In this document: positions 35,761 through 45,875 of the stretch, one piece after another
Layout: every line of letters starts with the position of its first letter
How positions within the stretch are numbered: position 1 is the first letter of the stretch
Origin: Gammaproteobacteria bacterium
Lineage (GTDB): Bacteria > Pseudomonadota > Gammaproteobacteria > Ga0077536
DNA length: 64,000 nucleotides
NCBI GenBank assembly: GCA_016209015.1
Contig: JACQWY010000028.1
Span: 13,356-77,355, forward strand
Reading direction: 5' to 3'
The notes under the pieces: generated by a model
The model's database searches: none
The model's input: only the letters and a program-made list of their open reading frames with translations
Told to the model about the DNA's origin: nothing
Made by a program: the position numbers and the translations under genes

Positions 35761-37104
35761 GTGGCGAACCGATACGTAAGGTCCACGGACGGCAGCGATG
35801 CCGATGACGCCTCGACGTGGGCGCTCGCCAAGGCGACGATCGCCGGGCTCGACGCCATCGACACCGCCGGAGATTACCTCTACGTCTCGCAGTCGCACGC
35901 CGAGACGACGGGCGCCGCGGTGTCGTGGTCGTTCGCCGGCACCGAGGCGTCACCGACGAAACTCGTGTGCGCGAACGACGGCGCCGAGCCGCCGACCACG
36001 CTCGCGAACACGGCGACGGCGACTACGAACGCCGCCTCGTCCGGCTTCACGTTCTCCGGGAATTGCTACGTCCACGGGATCTCGTTCACGGCGGGCAGCG
36101 GGCAGAGCACGACGTGTTCAATCCTGCAGAGCCAAGCCTCGAGCACGATTCAGACGTTCAATCAGTGCAAGTTCATCTTGGCCTCGACGGGCGTGAGCTC
36201 GCGCATCCAGGCGTCGCTGTCGTCGGCCATCAACCCGGTGCAAACCATCTGGAACGACTGCGACGTGAAGTTCGCGGCGTCCGGCCAGGGCATCCAGGTC
36301 GGCGAAGGGGAGTTCCAGTGGCGCGGCGGCTCTCTGCTCTCGGGCGGGACCTCGCCGACGTCGCTATTCGTGACCGCGGCGGGCTCGCAGCGCGGCGGGA
36401 AATGCACCATCGACGGCGTCGACCTCTCGAACGCCGGCACCGGCATCACGATTTTTGGCAGCGTCGCTGCGCCCACGGTCGCGAAAATCCGGAACTGCAA
36501 GCTCCCGGCGAGCTGGAGCGGGACGCTGACAACCGGCACGCTCTATCCCGGCCAGCGCTACGAGATGATCAACTGCGACGCCGGCGACACGCATTACCGG
36601 ATCTGGGTGCAGGCGTACTGGGGCACCATCAAGAGCGAAGCGACGCTCGTGCGCACGGGGTCTCCGACGAACGGCGCCGACAACATCAGTTGGCAAATGG
36701 TGAGCGTCGCCAACACCGAATATCCGCACCAAACCCTCGAGTCGCCCGAGATCATCGCGTGGAACGACACCGTCGGGAGTTCGGTGACCGCGACGCTCCA
36801 CGTGCTCCACGACAGCGCGACGAACCTCAAGGACAACGACATCTGGATCGAGGTCATGTACTGCGGGACTTCGGGCGCGCCGCTCGGCAGCTACACCCGG
36901 GATTCGGTTGCCGTGCTCGGCGCGGCCGCTGATCAGGCGTCGGATGCTGGCGAGACCTGGACGACGACCGGCATGACGAATCCGAACAAGCAGAAGCTCA
37001 ACGTCAGTTTCACGCCGCAAGAAGTGGGCTGGGTTGTGGCGCGCGTGCATCTCGCGCTCGCGAGCAAGACCGTCTACGTCGATCCCGTCCTCGAGCTGGC
37101 CTGA
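35761..37104 (+). CDS. beta-helix/tailspike-like protein (447 aa, no signal peptide)
   Basis: N-terminus RYVRSTDGSDADDAS; Ser/Thr/Gly-rich repeats. Confidence 0.5.
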   Translation: MANRYVRSTDGSDADDASTWALAKATIAGLDAIDTAGDYLYVSQSHAETTGAAVSWSFAGTEASPTKLVCANDGAEPPTTLANTATATTNAASSGFTFSGNCYVHGISFTAGSGQSTTCSILQSQASSTIQTFNQCKFILASTGVSSRIQASLSSAINPVQTIWNDCDVKFAASGQGIQVGEGEFQWRGGSLLSGGTSPTSLFVTAAGSQRGGKCTIDGVDLSNAGTGITIFGSVAAPTVAKIRNCKLPASWSGTLTTGTLYPGQRYEMINCDAGDTHYRIWVQAYWGTIKSEATLVRTGSPTNGADNISWQMVSVANTEYPHQTLESPEIIAWNDTVGSSVTATLHVLHDSATNLKDNDIWIEVMYCGTSGAPLGSYTRDSVAVLGAAADQASDAGETWTTTGMTNPNKQKLNVSFTPQEVGWVVARVHLALASKTVYVDPVLELA

Positions 37105-37766
37105 TGGCGACGTTCAAGCGGTTCACGCCGCAGGGCATCGCCGTCAGCTACTCGGATGCCTCGGCATTCAAACGATTCACGCCGGCCGGAGACCAGTTCT
37201 CGGTCGCGTCCGCGCCCTCGGTCAGCGGGTCGCTCGCGCTTACCCTGGCCGATGCGACGTCCTCGAGCGCGGGGCGACGCCGGCATTCGGGCTCTCTGGC
37301 GCACACGCTGGGCGTCACGACGCCGAGCATCGCGGGCAAGCGTCGGCACTACGGCAATGCCGCGCGCAGCCTCGACAGCGCGACCTCAAGCGCGGCAGGA
37401 CGGCGCACGCATCGCGGCGCGGCCTCGGCGACACTCGACGCCGGCGTATCCAGCGCCAGCGGGAAGCTCAGCCACCGCGGCGCGAGCTCCGCCTCCCTGG
37501 CGGCGGTCGTGCTCAACGCGAGCGGCACGATTTCCGGCGGCGGCGCGGGCATCACCGGCTCGGCCTCGGCCTACACGCTCGGCGCCGCGCTCTCCGCGCA
37601 GGGCAGGCTCCTCCACTACGGAGCGATCGAGAACCATCTCGACGCCGTGACGATGACGGCGTCAGGCCCCGGCGCAACGGGTCTGCATCGCTACGTGATG
37701 GGATTGAGTGTATTCATCGGCTCGCGCCGTCTCGGTCGCGACCTCAAAGGGAGTGGCACGCTGTGA
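37104..37766 (+). CDS. tandem-repeat protein: seven ~21-aa units ending GR(R/L)xHxG
   Basis: SLALTLADATSSSAGRRRHSG / SLAHTLGVTTPSIAGKRRHYG / ...GRRTHRG / ...GKLSHRG / ...GRLLHYG. Confidence 0.5.
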   Translation: MATFKRFTPQGIAVSYSDASAFKRFTPAGDQFSVASAPSVSGSLALTLADATSSSAGRRRHSGSLAHTLGVTTPSIAGKRRHYGNAARSLDSATSSAAGRRTHRGAASATLDAGVSSASGKLSHRGASSASLAAVVLNASGTISGGGAGITGSASAYTLGAALSAQGRLLHYGAIENHLDAVTMTASGPGATGLHRYVMGLSVFIGSRRLGRDLKGSGTL

Positions 37767-38467
37767 CGACACGCAAGTTCCCGCCGCGCGTCCGGGTATT
37801 CAGTGCGACGACAGGCACGGGCACGCTGACGCTCGGCGCCGCGTGGCCTGGCAGCCAGGCCGTGCCTGCGAACTGCGACGGCTGCGAGATCGACTACACG
37901 ATCGCGGACGGCGCCGACTGGGAAGAGGGGCGCGGCGTCTATTCGGCCGGCGCGAACACGCTGACGCGCGGCCTCATCGCGAGCTCCACCGGCGCGCTGC
38001 TCGATCTGAGCGGAAACGAATCGGTGTTCTCGACGATCTCGTCGCGCACCATGGAAGAGCTCTGGCGTACCGAGTGGGTGGAGTTCACGTACGACGGCGC
38101 GCATTTCTCCGGGGGCCCGAACGGGCTGTACTGGCAAGTCGACGCGGCAGATCAGAAGCAATATAGGTATCGCTACATCAGCGATTCGACGCTCGCCATC
38201 GCGATTACGCTCACGGGGACCACGTTCGCCGGGCTCGCGGACTTTCAGTTGCAGATCACGCTCCCCGCCGGGCGCACCGTCGCTAAAACGAGCCTCATCG
38301 GGAGCATCGTCGCGACGTCGTCGGTCTCCGGGGTCATCCCTGTACTGGCGCTTGCGGCGGGGAACAATTCGCTTATCGTCATCGACAAGCAGAGCGGGGA
38401 TCCGTGGAGTTCTGCCGATGGATCCGTGGCGATTTATATCCAGGCGATATTCGAGGTCAACCCCTGA
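37763..38467 (+). CDS. hypothetical structural protein (234 aa), GTG start
   Basis: GTGA overlap with the upstream stop. Confidence 0.45.
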   Translation: MTTRKFPPRVRVFSATTGTGTLTLGAAWPGSQAVPANCDGCEIDYTIADGADWEEGRGVYSAGANTLTRGLIASSTGALLDLSGNESVFSTISSRTMEELWRTEWVEFTYDGAHFSGGPNGLYWQVDAADQKQYRYRYISDSTLAIAITLTGTTFAGLADFQLQITLPAGRTVAKTSLIGSIVATSSVSGVIPVLALAAGNNSLIVIDKQSGDPWSSADGSVAIYIQAIFEVNP

Positions 38468-38733
38468 TGCTCGGTCATCACGGGATCTCGGAAGCCCCGA
38501 TCTCGACGCTGCGCGGCGGCGTCACCGGCGCCGCGGCATCTCTGCTCGGCGCGGTAGCAGTCTCTGCGGTCGGCAGACTGATTCACTACGGCGAAGTCGT
38601 GTCAACGCTCGCCGCGACCACGCTCGTCGCGTTCGAAACCCTCGAGCCCGTCGGCATGGGGCTTTCGATATTCCGCGGACTCTGGCGGCGCGGCCGGGAC
38701 CTGCAGGGCACATGCGGTACTTCTGGAGACTGA
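38467..38733 (+). CDS. small protein (88 aa) with one GRLIHYG repeat unit
   Basis: ATGA-coupled; AVGRLIHYGEVVSTLAAT. Confidence 0.4.
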   Translation: MLGHHGISEAPISTLRGGVTGAAASLLGAVAVSAVGRLIHYGEVVSTLAATTLVAFETLEPVGMGLSIFRGLWRRGRDLQGTCGTSGD

Positions 38734-38734
38734 A

Positions 38735-39103
38735 ATGGCGAAAACCGGCCAGGACGACACGTTCTACTGCAACAACCCGCGCACGTTGCGGTACACCATC
38801 GCAGACGAAGAGGTCGGCGGCGCTCTCGATCTCACCGGACTCGCGCCAAAGTGGGCGCTCGTCCGCCTCAAGAGCGATGGTACGTATGATGCGACGCCGG
38901 TGCTCCAGAAGGTCCTGAATTCAGGCATCACGATCGTCAGCGTGGTGGACGGGCAACTGAACGTGCAGATCGATCCGGTCGATACGCGCGATCTCGCGCC
39001 CGGCAAGTACTACCACGAACTCGAAATCTTCGACAACACGGGCAATGGCATCGTCGCCGCCACCGGCACGCTGACCCTGCTGCGCAACGTCACCAATACA
39101 TGA
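38735..39103 (+). CDS. hypothetical protein (122 aa)
   Basis: ORF track. Confidence 0.45.
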   Translation: MAKTGQDDTFYCNNPRTLRYTIADEEVGGALDLTGLAPKWALVRLKSDGTYDATPVLQKVLNSGITIVSVVDGQLNVQIDPVDTRDLAPGKYYHELEIFDNTGNGIVAATGTLTLLRNVTNT

Positions 39104-39113
39104 GGACGCAATA

Positions 39114-39587
39114 ATGCGATCGAGACACTTCGCGGCGCTCGCCGCATTTCTGATGTTCTGTGCTGGCGCCTATGCCGCCGACCGCGTGCAGGTCCAGCTC
39201 AACCAGGACACCGGACAGCCGGTCACGCAGGGCGGCGTCGCCGATGCGGCCAAGGTCACGCTGTCTACGTTGCTGTCGTGCGAAGACCAGGCGCTGTCGA
39301 GCTGCTGGGTCAGCCTTGGCGGAAGTTCTGTGAACCTCACGCAAGCCACGACCTCGAACCAGGTCAAGGCGGCGGCCGGCGAAGTCATCGGGTTCTTCGT
39401 CAACACCACGAACTCCGGAACGCTTCGATTCTGGGATCAGGTAGGCGCGACGTGCAACTCTGGCGCCAAGGGCGCGACCATCACTCCAGCTGCTGGCGCG
39501 TGGTACACGTACCCCGTTAAGTTCTCGACTGGCATCTGCGTGCTGACCGGCGGCACCGGGATCGACGTCACCGTGGTGTATCGGTGA
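39114..39587 (+). CDS. secreted protein (157 aa) with a classic signal peptide
   Basis: MRSRHFAALAAFLMFCAGAYA|AD. Confidence 0.5.
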   Translation: MRSRHFAALAAFLMFCAGAYAADRVQVQLNQDTGQPVTQGGVADAAKVTLSTLLSCEDQALSSCWVSLGGSSVNLTQATTSNQVKAAAGEVIGFFVNTTNSGTLRFWDQVGATCNSGAKGATITPAAGAWYTYPVKFSTGICVLTGGTGIDVTVVYR

Positions 39588-41251
39588 TGCGCAAGATAGC
39601 GCTCATTCTTCTGCTCGCCATTTCTGGATCGGCGTGGGGCGAGAATCTGTACGTAGCGCCGACCGCGGCTGGGAGTGCCAACGGAGCAAGCTGCGCAAAT
39701 GCGTGGGGATGGCCGATTCAGGGCGCCACGTACTGGGGATCTGGCGCCGGCAAAATCTCAGCGGGCGACACGCTGTACCTATGTCCAGGCACCTACGACG
39801 TGGTCTCGACATCCACTCAGCTCAGTATCGACGGATCAGGTTCGGCCGGGAACATCATTACGATCACGTCCTCTGACCTGTCGAACCAAGCTGTCCTAGA
39901 CGGTCACTGGACTCCTGGTTGCTCTTTGCATAGCGCGTGCGAAGGCGATGTCGTGAATAACAGCAACGGCCGGACGTACGTCACCGTCGATCACCTGACG
40001 CTACGTAACTGCGCGAATAATGACTGCCTCATTACCGCGGGCTCCGGCAATTTCACCGCTAAGTTCTTGACTATAACGAACAGCAATAAGCACGGAATCT
40101 ATTGCTACGCGTGCTCATCGTCTTCGTTTCTTAATAACGTCATCGTCGCAAATCCTACCTCAGGAGGGACGGGAGGCGTCGGAGTGTACGTGTTCAACGT
40201 AAACAACACGCTTCAGTCCTCAGACGTCACGATTGACGGAAATGTGATCACGAAAGCTGCGTCGTCCGGGATACGCATAGAAGGAATCATGACCCCGTCT
40301 CAGTCTTGCACTACAGGTTGTGCAGTCGACACCGTGAATAGTAAGGGATGGGTGCTTCGTCCTGTCGTCACAAACAACGACGTCTCCAGGAGCGGCAATG
40401 GGGTCTACGTAATAGGAACGCAGTACGCCGTAACGCGCGGAAACAGAGTCCACGAAAACGATGTGGCGGGCCAGGAGAACTACGGTCTCGCCGGAGAGAT
40501 ATGCGATCAGTGCCTATGGGAGCAGAACGACTCGTATCTCAACGCCCGCCAGGGATTCGAGTCGTGGAGCGCGGACACCGCTACCGGACGTCAGACCGGG
40601 GTCGTGATTCGGCGAAACTATATTCACGACAACAACACCGGGAAGATCGCGAGCGCCTGCAACTTCCGATTGGGTCACGAATCAGGCACGCCGACCAACG
40701 CCGGCAGCAACATCCTGATCTATGCAAACGTATTGGAGGGAGGATGTGGGATGTCGATATATGACGCGTTCAGCGGCGTCGTGATCGCGAATAACCACGT
40801 TCTTCGCGCAGACGATACGGACTCTCAGTTGGGCGGAATATTTTTGGTATCTGGGTCTTCGGGTACGCTTCAGAACAATCTCGTCACGGCAAAAAAGGGC
40901 TACGCACTTCTCGGCTCCAACAGCGGCAACATCGGCAGTTGGACGCATAGTACAAATCACTACTATGCGCCGAACTCCGCTACGCCTGTTCGCGTTAACT
41001 CAGTGAACTACACCGACCCAAAATCATGGGAAGCGAGCGCGTTGACCTCAGATCCAACACTTGTAGGCGGCGCAAACGCAATGGGAATTTCCGCGTCTCG
41101 CCTATCACCGGGATCCCCTGACATCGGCGCCGGCGCCGTAGTAGGCCCCTACCACGACTATCTGAATCACCGCTTCCGCGAGCCGCCGAGTATCGGGGCG
41201 TTCGAGCAAGGCAGCCGCAGTCAAGCCGCGGCGAGAGCGGCGAGGAACTGA
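39584..41251 (+). CDS. secreted right-handed beta-helix (pectate-lyase-fold) protein, 555 aa, lower GC
   Basis: signal peptide MMRKIALILLLAISGSAWG; NLYVAP N-terminus; IHDNN/NNHV-type beta-helix rungs; AT-richer codons. Confidence 0.6.
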   Translation: MMRKIALILLLAISGSAWGENLYVAPTAAGSANGASCANAWGWPIQGATYWGSGAGKISAGDTLYLCPGTYDVVSTSTQLSIDGSGSAGNIITITSSDLSNQAVLDGHWTPGCSLHSACEGDVVNNSNGRTYVTVDHLTLRNCANNDCLITAGSGNFTAKFLTITNSNKHGIYCYACSSSSFLNNVIVANPTSGGTGGVGVYVFNVNNTLQSSDVTIDGNVITKAASSGIRIEGIMTPSQSCTTGCAVDTVNSKGWVLRPVVTNNDVSRSGNGVYVIGTQYAVTRGNRVHENDVAGQENYGLAGEICDQCLWEQNDSYLNARQGFESWSADTATGRQTGVVIRRNYIHDNNTGKIASACNFRLGHESGTPTNAGSNILIYANVLEGGCGMSIYDAFSGVVIANNHVLRADDTDSQLGGIFLVSGSSGTLQNNLVTAKKGYALLGSNSGNIGSWTHSTNHYYAPNSATPVRVNSVNYTDPKSWEASALTSDPTLVGGANAMGISASRLSPGSPDIGAGAVVGPYHDYLNHRFREPPSIGAFEQGSRSQAAARAARN

Positions 41252-41273
41252 TCTCCAACGTAGAGAGGAAACC

Positions 41274-41834
41274 ATGACAACCAAGAAGACGACCGCCCAC
41301 AAGGCGGGGCAGCGCCGCTCCCGAGCGGCCCAGCCCAAACGGGAGAAATCAGGGCGCCCGTCGAAGTATCGTCAAGAACTCGATGCCATCGCACACAAGA
41401 TGTGCCTGATGGGCGCGACTGACGCCGACCTCGCCGAGGCTTTCGACGTGTGCGAAGACACGATCAACGAATGGAAGAAGGTGCACCCGACATTCGCCAA
41501 GGAGCTGGAAAACGGCAAGACCTTTGCGGACGCCGAGATCGCGGCGGCGCTCTTCCATCGAGCGAAGGGATATTCGCACCCCGCGTTGCACTTCGCGAGC
41601 TTCGAGGGCGACATCTACAGCGAGGAATACACCGAGCATTACCCGCCCGACACCGCGGCGTGCAGGTTCTGGCTGATGAATCGCCAGCGTTCGAAGTGGC
41701 GCGAGAAGATCGACGTCGAGCACGGCGGCAAGGATGGCGCCCCGCTGACCTCGGCGGAGTACAAGATTGACGCGAACACCAACCCCGAAGAAGCAGCGCG
41801 CAAGTACAAAGCCTTCCTCGAACACTGCCGCTGA
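41274..41834 (+). CDS. terminase small subunit
   Basis: basic N-terminus, HTH-like region; directly precedes the large subunit. Confidence 0.55.
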   Translation: MTTKKTTAHKAGQRRSRAAQPKREKSGRPSKYRQELDAIAHKMCLMGATDADLAEAFDVCEDTINEWKKVHPTFAKELENGKTFADAEIAAALFHRAKGYSHPALHFASFEGDIYSEEYTEHYPPDTAACRFWLMNRQRSKWREKIDVEHGGKDGAPLTSAEYKIDANTNPEEAARKYKAFLEHCR

Positions 41835-43506
41835 GGCGCCGTTCGATTTCAGGAATCCGGACTACACGGCCGTCTTCGCGGCGCGGATGCGAAAACTCGA
41901 GGCGATCCAGAAGAACCCCGAGTTCGGAGTGGACCTGAAGAAGCACTACCGGCACGCGCCATGGGATCTCATCAGCGATTGGGGGATGACCTTCGAGCCC
42001 CGCAATCTCGAGCTCGGGCTCATCACGGCGATCCCGTTCGTGCTCTGGAAGCGACAGCGCGAGTACCTGCAATGGCTGCACACGCGCTGGAAGCGGCGCG
42101 AGCGCGGGCTCGTCGAGAAGTCCCGCGACTGCGGAGTGACCTGGCTAACGGTCGGCTTTGGCGTTGCGATGTGGATCGCCGAGGACGGTTTCCTCGCGGG
42201 CTTCGGAAGCCGCAAGGAAGAACTCGTCGATAAGCGCGGCGACGATAAAAGCATCTTCGAGAAGATCCGATTCTTCATAGACAACCTGCCGCCGTTCCTC
42301 CAGCCGGCGGCGATGAATCGCAAGAACGACTGGTCGCATCTCAGAATCTCGAACTCGGACAACGGGTCGGCGCTGATCGGAGAGGCCGGAGACCAGATCG
42401 GCCGCGGAGGGCGAGCTTCCATCTATTTCGTGGACGAGGCGGCGTTCGTCGAGCACCAGCTCACCGTCGACGCCGCGCTCTCCCAGACGACGAACTGCCA
42501 GATCGACATCTCGACGCCGAACGGCAGCGGCAACGCCTTCTACAAGAAGCGTCTCAGGTTCAACAATACCGATCGCATCTTCATCTTCGACTGGCGGGAC
42601 GACCCCCGCAAAGATCAGGCGTGGTACGACCGGCAGGTAGAGGAACAGGACGAAGTGACGGTCGCCCAAGAAATCGATCGCGACTACAACGCCTCGAAAG
42701 AAGACTCGTTCATCCCGGCGAAGTGGGTCGCGGCGGCCGTCGATGCGCATATCCGGCTGGGGTTCCGCAGCGAGGGTATCAAGGTCACGTCGTTCGACCC
42801 GGCCGACACTGGCGACGCGCGCTCAGTCGTCAATCGCTACGGCTCGGTCGTGCTCGAGGCCGAGCAGATGACGAAAGGAAACATCACGAACGCGATCCCG
42901 TGGGCCGTCGAGCACGGCGTGAACCATCGCGCCGACGTATTCATCTTCGACGGAGACGGACTCGGAACGCCGACCATCAAGATGGCGCTTCAGGTCCCGG
43001 CGCTGCGCGCCAGGATCCGGCTCTCGCGGATGAACATCCTCGTGTTTCGCGGCTCGGGAGCCGTGCAGAACCCCGGGCAGCCGGCTGGCAAGCGCACGCA
43101 CAAGGAGAGTGAGGCACTGAAGTCAAACATCGACACGTACCTGAACTTCCGGGCGCAGGCCTGGAGTTGGGTACGAGCGCGCTTCGAGAAGACCTTCGAT
43201 GCGGTCGAGGCGGCGCGCGCCGGCAAAATCGTGCGCGCGGATCCCGAAGATCTGATCAGCATTAATTCGAAGTGCGCGCACATGCAGGAGCTCGTGGCCG
43301 AGCTCTCACGCCCGCTGCGCATCTATTCGGCCAACGGGAAAATCCAGGTCGAGAGCAAGGAGTCCATGAAGAAGCGCGAGATCATGAGCCCGAACCTCGC
43401 CGATGCCCTCGTGATGGCGTTCTCGGTCAGCGCCCCCTCGGCACCGACGACCGGCGGAATCAAAACCCAGGAATTCGCGCCCCTCGATCCGTCGATGGGC
43501 TATTAG
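41767..43506 (+). CDS. terminase large subunit (start uncertain: 41767 or 41887)
   Basis: ATPase Walker-B-like IYFVDEAAF; C-terminal nuclease-like region; size and position. Confidence 0.7.
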   Translation: MTRTPTPKKQRASTKPSSNTAAEAPFDFRNPDYTAVFAARMRKLEAIQKNPEFGVDLKKHYRHAPWDLISDWGMTFEPRNLELGLITAIPFVLWKRQREYLQWLHTRWKRRERGLVEKSRDCGVTWLTVGFGVAMWIAEDGFLAGFGSRKEELVDKRGDDKSIFEKIRFFIDNLPPFLQPAAMNRKNDWSHLRISNSDNGSALIGEAGDQIGRGGRASIYFVDEAAFVEHQLTVDAALSQTTNCQIDISTPNGSGNAFYKKRLRFNNTDRIFIFDWRDDPRKDQAWYDRQVEEQDEVTVAQEIDRDYNASKEDSFIPAKWVAAAVDAHIRLGFRSEGIKVTSFDPADTGDARSVVNRYGSVVLEAEQMTKGNITNAIPWAVEHGVNHRADVFIFDGDGLGTPTIKMALQVPALRARIRLSRMNILVFRGSGAVQNPGQPAGKRTHKESEALKSNIDTYLNFRAQAWSWVRARFEKTFDAVEAARAGKIVRADPEDLISINSKCAHMQELVAELSRPLRIYSANGKIQVESKESMKKREIMSPNLADALVMAFSVSAPSAPTTGGIKTQEFAPLDPSMGY

Positions 43507-43516
43507 GAGTCACCCC

Positions 43517-43690
43517 ATGCCTTCGAAGACACCAGCCCAAGCGCGGCTGATGGCCGCGGCTGCCCACGATCCGAAGTTCGCGAAGAAAGCAGGCGTCCCG
43601 CAGGGCGTCGCGAAGGAGTTCAACCGGGACGACGCCGGCACCGGGATCATCCAGCGCGCGCGCCGGCAGGCGCCCAAGAAGAAGTGCTGA
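43517..43690 (+). CDS. small conserved phage protein (57 aa; below the ORF-track cutoff)
   Basis: MPSKTPAQARLMAAAAHDPKFAKKAGVPQGVAKEFN...; SD present. Confidence 0.4.
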   Translation: MPSKTPAQARLMAAAAHDPKFAKKAGVPQGVAKEFNRDDAGTGIIQRARRQAPKKKC

Positions 43691-43799
43691 TGCAGACCTA
43701 CGCCAGCACCCCGCAGCGCGTCGGCGTCATCGCGCCGGGCACGAAACAGTCTGGAATCATCGCGCGCGAGCGCGCCCGCAAGAAGCAGCGAGACCCCAA

Positions 43800-45875
43800 A
43801 TGCAAAGCGCGGTGACCTCCGTAGTCGGCGACACGCCCGAAGAACAGGACGGTTACAGTCGGCTCGACGCGTTCGGCATGGAAATCGCGAAGTACCGCAA
43901 GGAGGCCGTGGACGGCCGCGTCCAAATCGGGATCGAAGAGGAATGGCTCGAGGACGAAGAGGCCTATGTCGGCATCGACGCCGCGAACCGCGGCGAACAT
44001 CTCTCGACGTGGCGTCACCTGAAGCCGAGCAAGAAGGTTTTCTCGACGGCGAACTCGAGCACCGCCGACCCGACGCGCAGCACCGCGCTCGTCAACATCA
44101 CGCGGCCCTACTGCGACGCCGCGGCCGCCCGCGTCGCCGACATGCTGCTCCCGAACGACGATCGGTGCTGGGGCCTCGACTGCACGCCGTTGCCTGACCT
44201 CGCCGAGCAGGCCCAGCCGGACGTCGCCGTGATCGTCGCCGACGCCTCCGGTGGCCAGATGGAGGTCAGCCACAAGGTCTTCATGGATGCGGTAGTCACC
44301 GCAGCCAAGGCGCGCATGGAGCGTGCCGAGACCCAGATCGAGGACTGGCTCGGCGAGACGAAATGGTCGGCGGAGTGCCGCGTCGTCATCGAAGACACGG
44401 CGAAGCTCGGCACCGGCGTACTCAAGGGGCCCTACCCGAAGGCGAAGCGCAAGGTCCGGTTCAACTACCAGGACGGTCAGAGCGCCATCGCCTTCGAGTC
44501 GAAGACCGTACCGCACTCACGGCGTGTCGATGTCTGGAATTGCTTCCCGGACCCCTCGTGCGGCGAGAACATCCAGGACGGCGCCTACTTCTTCGAGCGC
44601 GACGAGATCACGCTGCGCAAGCTGCTCGCGCTCAAGACCGAGCCCGGCTACATCGCGGCGCAGATCGAGGCCTGTGCTCAGGAAGGCCCGATCGGCTACG
44701 AGGTCAACTGGACGCCCTCGATCGCTCAGGAGCGCACGGCAGGCCTCCGCCAGACGAAGTACGAGATCTGGTATTTCTACGGCATGGTCGAGCGCGACGC
44801 GCTCATCGCCTCCGGCCTCATCCCCGAGCAGCTCACCGAGGATTACTACTCGGCGGTCGTCACGATGGTGAATCACCGTGTCGTCAAGGCGGCCATCATG
44901 CCGCTCGAGGACGGGTCATTCCCCTACGATTTCATGGTGTGGCAGCGCCGACCTGGGCTGCCCTACGGGATCGGTGTCTCGCGTCAGATCCGAATTCCCC
45001 AGCGTATGCTGACCGCGGCGATCCGCAATCTCATGGACAACGCGGCGCTTTCGGCCGGGCCTCAGATCATCATCGACACGACGAAGATCGTGCCGGCGAA
45101 CGGCAAGATGGAGCTCGTGCCGCGAAAGGTCTGGATCGCGAAGACCGGCGACGACGTCTCCGAGATCGACGTCGAGAAGGCGTTCACGATCGTCCACATC
45201 GAGACGCGACAGCCGGAACTCATGAACATCATCGAGTTCTCGTTGCGGATGGCCGAGGAATCGACCGGGCTCCCGATGATCCTGCAGGGCCAGCTCGGCG
45301 AGCAGAACCCACAGACGCTCGGCCAGCAGCAGATGTTGCAGAACAACGCGAGTTCGGTGCTGCGCCGTCTCGCCAAGCTCTGGGACGACCGGGTCACGGT
45401 CCCCCATCTCACGCGCTACTACCACTGGCTGATGGAGTACGGCGACGACGACGTCAAAGGCGACTTCGAAGTCATCGCGCACGGCTCGTCGACGCTCGTC
45501 GAGCGCGACATCCAGAACCAGGGCATCGCGCTACTCATGGATCTCAGTTGGAAGGCGCCGGCGCTCGGCCTAGATCCCGAGAAGACTACCGAGGAATACA
45601 TCCGGTCACAGCATCTCGCGCCGGCCCGCTTCACGAAGGACGAGCAGCAGAAGGAGGCCGAAGCCGAAGCGCAGCCCGAGCAGCCGCAGGATCCGAGCAT
45701 CACGGCCGCCGCGATCACTGCTGATGCTCAGCTCCAGAAGCAGACCGCGGCGAACCAGGACCGCCAAGCAGAGCGCGATCAGCGCTGGCAAGAAAAGCTC
45801 CTCGATAAGAACACCGAAGTCGCGCTCTACAACGCCGAACAGGCTCTAAAGGAGACCGAGGGTTCAGGCGTATGA
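43800..45875 (+). CDS. portal protein
   Basis: 691 aa; position between terminase and scaffold; acidic C-terminus. Confidence 0.65.
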   Translation: MQSAVTSVVGDTPEEQDGYSRLDAFGMEIAKYRKEAVDGRVQIGIEEEWLEDEEAYVGIDAANRGEHLSTWRHLKPSKKVFSTANSSTADPTRSTALVNITRPYCDAAAARVADMLLPNDDRCWGLDCTPLPDLAEQAQPDVAVIVADASGGQMEVSHKVFMDAVVTAAKARMERAETQIEDWLGETKWSAECRVVIEDTAKLGTGVLKGPYPKAKRKVRFNYQDGQSAIAFESKTVPHSRRVDVWNCFPDPSCGENIQDGAYFFERDEITLRKLLALKTEPGYIAAQIEACAQEGPIGYEVNWTPSIAQERTAGLRQTKYEIWYFYGMVERDALIASGLIPEQLTEDYYSAVVTMVNHRVVKAAIMPLEDGSFPYDFMVWQRRPGLPYGIGVSRQIRIPQRMLTAAIRNLMDNAALSAGPQIIIDTTKIVPANGKMELVPRKVWIAKTGDDVSEIDVEKAFTIVHIETRQPELMNIIEFSLRMAEESTGLPMILQGQLGEQNPQTLGQQQMLQNNASSVLRRLAKLWDDRVTVPHLTRYYHWLMEYGDDDVKGDFEVIAHGSSTLVERDIQNQGIALLMDLSWKAPALGLDPEKTTEEYIRSQHLAPARFTKDEQQKEAEAEAQPEQPQDPSITAAAITADAQLQKQTAANQDRQAERDQRWQEKLLDKNTEVALYNAEQALKETEGSGV

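Noticed and set aside
43690-43815. 41-aa ORF (MQTYASTPQRVG...) overlapping the portal start
   Set aside because: Overlaps the well-placed portal ATG at 43800 by 16 nt, and its own start overlaps the preceding small gene. It is more likely incidental, though not excluded.
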